From Octopus sinensis (lineage: Eukaryota): 64,000 bases of DNA. Location: NCBI RefSeq assembly GCF_006345805.1, contig NC_043003.1, positions 110,856,001 through 110,920,000 of the forward strand, written 5' to 3'. The notes below the pieces were generated by a model. The model saw only the letters and a program-made list of their open reading frames with translations. It had not been told where the DNA came from and searched no databases. The position numbers and the translations under genes were made by a program. Positions 53,636 to 64,000 of this stretch are shown here, in pieces (within the stretch, counting starts at the first letter, position 1; each line of letters begins with the position of its first letter).

Positions 53636-55162
53636 TATATATATTCATTTATTTATCTACACATACCTAATTTAGTGAGGCAAAACACAATCACATTATA
53701 TGAAGTCGCTAAGTAATATTACTTGAAATAAGATTAAGGAAACTAGAAAGTTCACATTTAATTACAGGTATATATAACTGTTGAACAATGTCATATTTTT
53801 CGTATTAGTGCGTTTTATATATTTCTTCACTACATAATTGACTCCAATTACAAACATCCATTGTGAAAGATTTATGTATCTGTACCATATAATTGCATTT
53901 TCATATTTCATGTTTGATAATTGAGAGGAAAGCAATGAATCTTAGAGCAAATTGTATTTTTGTTAATTGTGAATCGTTATTTGATAAAAAATAATGTCTG
54001 TGGTGAAGATCAATGTGTGCGTGAGTGCAGAATATCGAATAAATGAAAACAGATTGATTGACCACTAGGGCACAGTTTAAACAAGTAAAAACCACAGGTA
54101 TTATAAGTAAATTGCATCCAGGTAAAGATTCGTTCACCCTAAGGACTAATTTCTACCAAATTAGTAAATTACTAAATAAAATTCCTCCTACTGACATACC
54201 GTTATCTATAAACTTGCAAGGGTACAGCATTTATAGAAACAACTTCATTAGTCTAAAGCCGGTACTACTACATGGCATAGTATATTCAAAGATGAGTCAC
54301 CTGCTGTTTATTTCCAAATGAAAGGAACAACTACGTTTAGGCTCATAATAGACATTTGTCAATGTTAATACCGTTGAAAGTGAACTGGAAACTTATAATC
54401 TTTTAATATCAGTTTTTTTTAAGACTGTAGCTATTTGAGGCAGTATTGAATAGGTTTAAATTATTTCATAATTTGGATAAGAAGAGTAAATAGTGTAGTA
54501 AGAATTTAAAAAATGAGGTTATAATCTCTCTGATAGATATTGTTTTCATACATATCTTGGCCATTACAATCGTTCATATATGTATAGACATAAACCAAAA
54601 CATAAAAAACAAAAAATAAATATAATTAATATAATATATAATATATATATAAAATATGAAATTTAAAGTTTAAATTATTAAATTTTTAATTTAAAATTAT
54701 TTTATATATATATATATATATATCTTGATTGTTCTTGGCTGTTTTCGAAGCATCCAATTTAGATTTCCAGTTATGAGCCAAATGCTATAATCCTAATGTG
54801 CATGGTCAGAGCAGAACGCCCTCTTCAACATGTAGCAGTCAATCAGAATCGCCTGGTGTGTTTCAAGTAACGGCGTCGCACATCGAAGAAAGAAACTTTC
54901 AGCGACCCGGCGCTAATCAGATTTCCTGGATTATTTTGTCCGTGGCTATATAAAACTAAAGAATTGGACTTACACGCCAGAGTTAACGCGTGTTTTACAT
55001 GGAATACTGTCACTTTATTCAAAGAGATGCGCAATCGACTGCTTCTTATCGTTAAATAATTCTCTGAAAGTAATTTTCGTTTTATTTTTATGCTGTCATT
55101 CATCCATTCAACTAACTTTTTTCTGCTCTATTTCCTATTAATTCCAAAATAATTTGCATATT

Positions 55163-55469
55163 CGCAGGAGTGGATGTGTGGTAAGAAGCTCGCTTCCCAG
55201 CCACATGGTTGCGGGTCCCGTCCCACTGCATGGTACCTTGGGCAAGTGCCTTCAAGTGTAGCCTCGGGTCGTCATTACGTAGATGTAATTGCATAGTAAG
55301 TGTGACGTGATTTGAGATCATGTGATGAACGAAAAGCAATTGCACCGTGGAAGGTATTTATTTAAAATCCATTAAATTCACTTCAACATTTAAATTGAAT
55401 ATATCAAAATATTTTCGTCGCTTCGAAACCGAGACCAATTCACTAACAGAATTGCGTGCGGCAATTATT

Positions 55470-55517
<48 letters not shown>

Positions 55518-55810
55518 CATATATATATATAGATACAGATACACACACACATATAATGTATATATATATATATGTATACGCATATATATATGTGTATGTA
55601 TATATGTGTATGTATTTGTGTGTATATGACTTTCCCCCCACCATCGCTTTTAGCGATGTTCGTGTGGTTACGTCCCCGTAACTTAACAGTTTGGCAAAAG
55701 AGAGCGATAGAATAAGTCCTGAGGCCGATGTGTTCGATAAAAGTCGGTGCTCCAGTATGGCCGTAGTCAAAATGTCTGAACCAAGTAAAATAATAAAAGG
55801 AATAAAAGAA
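55163..55810 (+). mobile_element. SINE with an internal microsatellite, interrupted by a hammerhead-family fragment (55275-55465)
   Basis: Head gcaggagtggatgtgtggtaagaagc..ccttgggcaagtg. 3' half lies at 55620-55810. The insert is homologous to 250-593. Confidence 0.75.
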
Positions 55811-56329
55811 TTTGCAACGTGGGGAATTTAACGAAATTCTTCTCAGCATCTTCTATGTTCCAAATCTTCAAGTATTACCAACGCACAGTCAGAAGAATTT
55901 TTCGTCATTATATGAACACACCTTTGAACATATACAAGATGATGAGAACAACTAGTATATGATATTGTATGAAAATACATATTTATTTATATATTGATTC
56001 CAGTCCACTTTCGCTAAATAATATTTCACTGATTTAGTGATCTCCGGACAGCCTCACAGAACCAGAACACTGAGTTAGGAATCTGATTTTTATTTCTAGT
56101 ATGTTTTAGACATTTTTACAAATCCTTACCCTACTCATACGCTCCGATTTCTTTGCAAGCGAGCATCATGACTACGCATTCCAGATATTTATATTCCGCG
56201 TATCGCTATTATAAAGTGTTATTTTCTTTAGGATGGGAACATATATAATGTCTGACGGTGCAACATTCGAAAGATAACAGACTGACATCTTGCATATAGA
56301 GATCTTTCGATGGACATCACCAATCGAAT

Positions 56330-56713
56330 GGATGGATGCACTCCGTCGGTTACGACGATGAGGTTCCGGTTGATCCGAATCAACGGAACAGCCTGCTCGT
56401 GAAATTAACGTGTAAGTGACTGAGCACTCCACAGACACGTGCACCCTTAACGTAGTTCTCGGGGATATTGAGCGTGACACAGAGAGTGACAAGGACGGCC
56501 CTTTGAAATACAGGTACAACAGAAACAGGAAGTAAGAGTGAGAGAAAGTTGTGGTGAAAGAGTACAGCAGGTATCACCACCATCCCCTGCCGGAGCCTCG
56601 TGGAGCTTTAGGTGTTTTCGCTCAATAAACACTTACAACGGCCGGTCGGGAATCGAAACCGCGATCTTATGACCGCGAGTCCGCTGCCCTAACCACTGGG
56701 CCATTGCGCCTCT
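56330..56713 (-). mobile_element. Young tRNA-derived SINE with an 11-bp TSD
   Basis: Reverse complement of 24413-24799. TSD accaatcgaat at 56319-56329 and 56714-56724. Confidence 0.9.
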
Positions 56714-58724
56714 ACCAATCGAATAAAATAAAGAAGAAATACAACTGAAATATGCATACAGAATAAACAAGTTCCCTATAAATTCTCAAAACAACTTTCA
56801 TTTCCAAATACTGCAAACCACAAATATTTATGATCTCTTACGGTCACAGAATCGGTTCGGATATATATGGACGAGCCACTGAAAATATAGAACCCTACTC
56901 ACTCGGACAAAGGCTTAAAAGCAGATACCATCTACACCACGTCGAAATACTAAACTTGCGTATCTGGACTGTTATAGACTCTCTACAAACAACTTTGTAT
57001 ATACCTGTTATTTTTCCATTGCATCACCAGTTTTGCAACAGGGGATTTTGTGTATGTGGACAGTGTGGCTTTTTTTTGTAGCATTAGAAGCCATTTTGGG
57101 GGCATTTTAAATCTTAGCAGTGTTTGCAAACTCACCTATTAAGAATCTTTCATGTGCACAAATTCTTTTCTTTGCATGCATTAACATGAATTTTCATAAG
57201 ACCCCTCCTCTTTTTATAAATTATTTTGTTTCTTTTTAACGTACTCATTCACCTACACATATCAAATCCATGACGTAACAATAGCTAGTTTTAAATTCCA
57301 TTTTATTGATAGAGATTCCTGATCTGCAAACTTCATATCGACCACGAGGTGTCAAGTGCATAAATCCGATAGTATAAGAACGTTCAACTTTCTGCAGTTT
57401 ACCTTCTATACGACTCCTTACTTATAAGCTGCAGTCTCATACACTGATGGTGATCGAATAAAAAACATTCACCTTTACATCATATCCTATTCCTTCCAGT
57501 CGTTTACATACCCTGTTTCCTTTTAGTGGTGTTTCGCTGCAGAATTGCTGCATGAATGTTTCTATTTTCGCTGGGCTCTCATCATGTCTTTGCATTTCTT
57601 TTCCTTTTTGTTTTAAGCAACGAATCAACAATCAAACATTCATATATTCAGTTACACACAAGATCAGGTGTATTTGTTCATTCAGCGATTATTTCCTAGT
57701 CTGTATTATCTCTGGACTAGAATTCCCAACATTGTATCAGTCGGATTCTGCAACTTGTGACAGTTAACACCACTCTAATTCACCTTTCTCATGCTATCGA
57801 GTTCGTTTCCCGGTTTACCTTGACCATACCTGTAAACACCAACCGCTTTATTTTCCAGGCATTTTGTAATATTTTCTGCGCGCTTTAATTATCCACTTCC
57901 CTTGTACACGATCTTGTTCGTATTATGTATAAAGGGAGAAAGTTTAATCGATCCAGTAAATCCAAAGCGTTTTGGCAGCTTATCATACTTGCATTACATC
58001 TGTTTTGCAACGTTTACATTTTGTATGCACATTAAAAGCTACAATATATTATCACATTTGTTGTTTTGTCGCCATTTCCCTGGAGAACATGCCAACGTGC
58101 TACATTAATATCTTATTCATTCCTTGTTACATAATGAACAATCTGGAACGGGAGTAACGTAAGAGGACTCTACCACAATTCAAATCTCTCATTTGTATTC
58201 GCAGCTATGAGCCACAATCTACAAACGTAACCGTAAAAGACATGGACAGGATTTCGAAAGCGCCAACAGCTATGTAAATATTACCGGCCACATAGTATTT
58301 GTCTGTGTGTATCGGTGAACGGCAGCGAAAAATGGAATACTAGTATTGTAAGCTTCCATTCAAATTTGCAATTAAAATATTCCAGAAGATTTTGCAATTA
58401 AAAGGTTCCAGAAGAAATTGTCACTTCTTCCGCCTGATGTACCTCAACATCTTTCTATTTGTCCTTATCAAATATTCTAAGTATACTGTGCTCTACAAAG
58501 ACTAATGTGTTTTGATGTCAATATTTACGGATTCATTTCCCAGTTTCCTTGCTCTTGTCTTGTGTATCTCTATAAAAATGTAGCCTAAATTTTACTAAAC
58601 TATTTGTTACAGCTTCTCTGCCCAGGTATTACCTACGTACATGCGCTAATGCTTATCAACATGACTTAGATTCACTTTTACAGGTAAGATGTGAAGAGTT
58701 AAATGTTGCAAATATATTAGAAAG

Positions 58725-58782
<58 letters not shown>

Positions 58783-58789
58783 TAAATAC

Positions 58790-60211
58790 AAAAACGACAT
58801 TAATAATACGGTAGTGTCGTTTGATTGTGTAGAACTACTCAACAGCGAGGAAATCAAAAATCTTGAGACTAATGGATATATGTATCTGGGAGTTTTGAAG
58901 TATGGGGAAATCAAGAAGAGTGAGAATATTTCGGAAACAATTTAACAATGGGACGCAGATTCAATAGAAACAATCTGGAGTCAGTGAACATATAGGCTGC
59001 TTCATTAATGCGGTACGGTGCAGATTTTCTTAGGTGGACAAAGAAAAAAAAGGCTGAGGAAATGAATAAATAAAGCAGGAAAATGATGGCAATTAACACA
59101 GAACTACACTTGAAACGCGAAATTGATAGACTGTATGTGCCTAGGAAAAAGGGAAGAAGAGGCCTCACGGGATTCAAATACTGTGTTGTCAACATGAAAA
59201 ACGGTTTGAGATGGTACATCAAGTAGTAGAGTAAACTCTAGCTTGTTGCTGTTAGAAATTAGAAGATACCTACCGGAAACGTGATGTACCCGAAACTTTT
59301 AAGAAACAAAATAGAGAAAAAAAGAATAATCAATTAGAAAAGGAAAATAATGACAAGACAACACCTCAGAAATAGAAGAGAAAGACAAGATCAAGACTTG
59401 GAGATGGCCAAGTATAAGTAATCTTAAAGGAGATGGCGAAGGATAAGTAATGTTAATGGAAGCACCGAGGCACTGATGTGCAGCACCCAGGGACAAACTC
59501 TGAGAATTAATTACATCAAGTTCCAAATAGATAAGTGCAGTAAAACGCCCCTTTGTAGGATGTGAGGCAGCAAAAACGAAGGAATCTGACGTACTGTTTG
59601 TGGCAATCTGGTCCAAAACACGACAAAAAAGGGTCAACAAAAAGGGGGATAAATTTGTTCACTGGAGACTGTAAGAAGAGCAGAGAAATGATTTCGGTCA
59701 TGAATGGAACAGAATGTGTCAGGAGAAAAATGAATATAAGAACCTGCGGGATTTTACAATCCAACGAGACTCTCTAATCGATGTTCAGAGACCAGACATT
59801 GTTGTGGTAGATGAAAGAAAAAGGGAAACTAAGGTCATAGATGTTGCCATACCTGGGGATGCACGCGTAGGTGACAAGGAGCTGGAAAATGCAAATTACT
59901 AAAAGACGAAAAATTGCAAGAATGTGGGCAATGAGGAGAGTAATAGTTATCCTAGCAGTTTTAGAGGCATTCGGAGAACTAACAACCAATTTCGAGAAAT
60001 ATGTTAACGAAATTAGAATTGATATGAAGGTGGAGCAAACCCCAAATTCTGTCAACATGTTTTTGGTCTGTGTATCCATTATAAACTGCAACAATTCTTC
60101 GCGGGGTTCTTGAAGCATGACCAATTGACAACTGGTACCTTAGTCTGGTGGCTGTGAACAGCTAACAGTTTCCAACATACAACAGCAAAATAAGCTGTAA
60201 CTTTTCATATA
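58790..60211 (+). mobile_element. Dong/R4 LINE 3' portion (RT end, Zn knuckle, RLE endonuclease, 3'UTR) between (TAA)n tracts
   Basis: GYMYLGV; IDRLYVPRKKGRRGL; PLCRM; RDFTIQRDSLIDVQRPDIVVVDERKRETKVIDVAIPGD..DKE (PD-(D/E)xK nuclease). (AAT)n at 58727-58780 and 60212-60370. Confidence 0.85.
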
Positions 60212-60292
60212 CTGATGATGAAGATGATGATGATAATAATAATAATAGTAATAATGATAATAATAATGATAATAATAATGATAATAATAATG

Positions 60293-60371
<79 letters not shown>

Positions 60372-60474
60372 ATTAGCTTAATTAGCTTTGAGTCCTAGAT
60401 TTTAACAATGTTTGAGACGCTTAGGTCTCAAAGCTAATAAAGCTAAATAGAACAGAAATAGACAAAGTAAAATC

Positions 60475-61036
60475 ACAACAATAGTTGAGAAGCTTGGGAC
60501 TCAAAGCAGAGACTGGCGGATTTTTAATTGTAGCAAAAGATCAAATACTTCTCATAAGAAACAGGTAACGAAAAGAAATACAAGGAAGTGCAGAATGTTG
60601 TGATGAAGATGAAACAGTAAATCATATTGTCTCTGGTTGTTCAGTCCTGGCTAAGAAGGAATGTATTCACAGAGTTCAGATCTATATATACTGAAAGTTA
60701 TGCTAACACTATAGAATAGCAACAGAAAAAAAGATGGTGTAGGCACACACCGGAAAAGATCACAGAAAATGCGAAAGCAACCATACACAGGGATATGTTA
60801 ATAAGAGAGAGAGAGAGAGACAGAGAGACAGAGAGACAGACAGAGAGAGAGAAAGAAATTAAGGCCAATACGGCGGATAGAATTGTCAGTGATTACCAAG
60901 TGAAAATGCTTATACCAATACCAACATATGACTATGTTTCTCTATACGAAACAGAGAGACTTTGAAAATACAAAGATCTGGAAAAAGAGGTAACTCGAAT
61001 GTGGAGCCTAAAAACAGAAATAATTCCTATCATAGT
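60475..61036 (+). mobile_element. Second Dong/R4 fragment (Zn knuckle to RLE)
   Basis: GLKAETGGFLIVAKDQ; ETVNHIVSGCSVLAKKECIHR; KYKDLEKEVTRMWSLKTEIIPIIV. Confidence 0.8.
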
Positions 61037-61406
61037 AGTTGTTTGACCTACACCTGTTGAGCAAGTCCACTGGTGGCCGACGCTATGTGCATTTCTGCTG
61101 ATCGTGAGCAGAAGTAATCGGGGAGCGTCATAGTTATATGTTGAGAGGAATTCTTTGGAGTTTGAATAATTCATCTGTAGAAGCATGGGTGTTTAGTTCA
61201 ACATCGAAAAACAAGACTTATTCAAGGACCATTTGGGCATGATGGGCAACTCGACCTGAAGAAAATTCTAATTGGTCCCCCACCTGCAAGATCACGCGCT
61301 GTTTATCTTGATGTGAGATCAACATGTCGTGCACATATTGTTGTGATGCATGTGCTCAGTATATCCTTATCAGATGAGTAGTAATGATGTTTATACTGGG
61401 CTTCGT
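61037..61406 (+). mobile_element. Partial third copy of the 4951-5503 repeat
   Basis: Colinear from agttgtttgacc to ctgggcttcgt and fused directly to the Dong fragment. Confidence 0.8.
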
Positions 61407-61651
61407 TTATGATGATGATGATGATGATGATGATGATAATAACAATAATGATAATTATAATAATAATAATAAATGTATGAGAATACGTATTTGTGTGTAT
61501 GGGGATTCATGATTACAATCGCAATTTTTTGCGTATTATCATTCCTAATAAAAGAAAACCACTAGACGTTCTATGTTGGAGTTTGTCCTTTTCTTCTTGT
61601 GTTTGTGTATTGTGATTCATAAAAGAATTTGAATGCAAAAAGTGTGATTAC

Positions 61652-61753
61652 CTTTAAATTTTGCAGTGCTGTATCAGCATCATCGGCAAAGCTCTGTACT
61701 TTTATAATAGTAATGTTGTTCTTTTCAAGTAAACTGACCAATCTGTTGATCGA
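61652..61753 (-). CDS. GABBR2: Internal coding exon (102 bp, phase 0/0) of a GABA-B receptor subunit, Venus-flytrap domain
   Basis: Minus strand: acceptor ttttcattgcag|, donor |gtaatc. Translates SINRLVSLLEKNNITIIKVQSFADDADTALQNLK, which aligns without gaps to the GABBR2 segment as I recall it ([34 protein letters not shown]). Joins in frame to the exon at 17185-17250. R2 versus invertebrate R3 paralog is not certain. Confidence 0.85.
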
Positions 61754-62319
61754 CTGCAATGAAAAACATAGACGTAACGTTAAAGAAGTTTCTATATAAA
61801 AATAAGAAAATGCTTGACGCAAACAAGAACGACAAATATTATGTGACGTAAGCTACAACTATCTGTACAACTTCTTAAAGCACATACACAAAGAAAATAC
61901 GTACATATATTCAGAAATTTTATAGAAAATTCCCGTTAGATTAAATTTCCAGAATCAAAGAAATCTTGTATTGGTATCACGTATATTGTAAGAATATGAT
62001 TTCAAAACTATATAACAAAATACAATTTTTTCCTGATATAATCAATATAACGCTGTATTAAAGATTAAAATTGTGTCAGAACATTAAAACTTATTCTAAA
62101 ATACAAGTTTTCCTTGTTTCATAAGCTTAATTTATATACACACATACGAATATGTTGATGTATACATATATACATATATTTTCCATGGGCTATTTGATCT
62201 ATTAACCTTATTTCAACATCGATACACACATACACACACTCACGAACACACATATATGTGTCTATAAAGCGTTTGCTTTCCTGTGGGTATATATATATAT
62301 ATATATATATATATAGGTA

Positions 62320-62950
62320 TCTCATTTACTTCCCCCAGTAAGGCCTGCTGAGGAAAAAAAAGTTATTAGTCTAATCCAGAAATTGATCAATCCAAGACTA
62401 ACTATTTTATAAATATCTCTGAGCATACTCCCTCCATTTCAACACGTTTCGACATAAAACTGGTTTGAAAATTTAGTGTCTTTTTTCACTTCTATGCCTT
62501 TAATTATAATTGTATATAAAGGTCTACATTATATGCTGGCCACTGATAAAATATTTAACGATTTTATCCTTGACTATTATAACTGAATAATTTCCAAACA
62601 CTTCGGGACAGTCTAGTCACTTCCGTACTACTCTGACCAAAGCGATGATATTGACCTCAAAATTCGATGCAGATGTATTTATGGTATCTATATGTAATCG
62701 TAGCTTTGCGTTTGCTTCCCTATGGGTATGTATAATATCTCATTTATTTCCCTTAATATGCCTTCCTAATGAGGAAATGTTATTAGATTAGTCCAGAAAT
62801 TGATCCATCAAAGGCTAACAATTTTACGAATTTCTGTGAGCCTACTCACTCGATTTAAACACGTGCGTGTGTACTATAAAAATTAGCGTCTAATTTCAAC
62901 ATAAGCATGGACTCTTCTACCCCCTTAATTATAATTGCATTTTATACTAT
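62320..62950 (+). repeat. Diverged direct repeat (period ~417 bp); each unit has a hammerhead-like motif
   Basis: CTGCTGA GGA..TCC a GAAA TTGATCAA TC at 62345-62392 and gccttc CTAATGA GGA..TCC a GAAA TTGATCCA TC aaaggc at 62760-62815. The downstream flanks are also homologous. Confidence 0.65.
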
Positions 62951-62973
62951 TATAACTCTCTACATACATAAAT

Positions 62974-63040
<67 letters not shown>

Positions 63041-63047
63041 ATATATA

Positions 63048-64000
63048 ATAAATATTAGGGAATAAATCCAAATTTACAGGGAAAAAAATCAGATTTAGGA
63101 TTAAATCCAATTTTATAGTAAAATATTATAAAATATTATTAGAGACAAAACCACTATTTTGCAAAACAAACAAGGAAAGACTTAATCAATACATAAAATT
63201 TTAATAAATAGTCAAAAAAACCGCCACTACAATCGTTTCTTGTCTTGATCGACAATCTTCAGGTGGACTTCCAATCTAAAAAATCAATATTTTAAAATAT
63301 AAAAATAATAATTTTAAAATAATTAAAGTATGAATGAAAAAATATAAGTATATAATCCATATATAACCTATATATAATCCATATATAATCAATATATAAA
63401 CAATATATAAACTAAAAAAACCTATCAACAATTAAATATAAACTATAAAATATAAAATATAAAATATAAAATATAAAATATAAAACAAAACAAAAAAATA
63501 ATAATAATATAATAATAAACTATATATACACCCATACACATATACCTAATTATATATAACCATATCTAACTACATACACTAAATCACACACCTATATAAA
63601 TATCCCTATACATACACATAAAAACGTCTAGGCAACTATAAATAAATAAAATAGCTAAACACTTCAACACAATACTTATTCATACTCCCACACACACACA
63701 CATACAACCCACATTCACGCTCTAGAAAACGGACATCACTCAAAACTATGAACGGAGAAATGGAATAAATGGAATTAAAAATTATATTCACTTGGTAAAA
63801 ACGAACACTACTTAAAAATTATGAATGAAACAATGCAATAAAACAACAGACATCGCAATAGACACAAATTACTACGAATTCCTTAACAAACCTATCATGA
63901 TAAACCAAAAACTCATAAAAACATATAATGATAAAATCTCCCTTTACTAAACTCTATAACAAACCTATATAGCAATCCCCCTAACCTAAACATTCACACA
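63048..64000 (-). mobile_element. Probable 3' end of a Penelope-like element next to (TA)n, running off the window
   Basis: Starts at a TA tract, carries a canonical hammerhead and has strong strand skew. The terminal motif tccaaa(t/c)ttacagggaaaa is shared with 26060-26095. Confidence 0.55.
63224..63266 (-). ncRNA. Canonical minimal type-I hammerhead ribozyme
   Basis: CCAC-CUGAAGA-UUGUC(GAUCAA)GACAA-GAAA-CGAUUG-UA-GUGG. All core residues are present. Predicted GUA cleavage between 63228 and 63227. Confidence 0.85.

Overview
AT-rich, microsatellite-dense eukaryotic DNA. The repeat landscape (tRNA-SINEs with internal TA/CA tracts, Dong/R4 LINEs in (TAA)n, Penelope-like elements) suggests an octopus or other cephalopod; this is inference only. 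The window lies inside one minus-strand gene for a GABA-B receptor subunit (GABBR2-like class C GPCR). Only two short phase-0 exons were found (61652-61753 and 17185-17250), about 44.4 kb apart. The rest is intronic and filled with TE relics: Penelope-like elements (Naiad-type and Neptune/Poseidon-type), Dong/R4, CR1, Tc1/mariner, piggyBac, MITEs and SINEs. Almost all ORFs in the supplied track are microsatellite noise. The most striking signal is a set of about ten minimal type-I hammerhead-ribozyme motifs in short Penelope-associated elements. These include one canonical copy, a G3:C8 covariant core, a U6 core shared by two copies, a tandem pair 417 nt apart, and a tRNA-headed (Pol III) SINE-like element with a degenerate hammerhead and a Penelope-style inverted end. 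All folds and alignments were made by eye; nothing was computed or searched.
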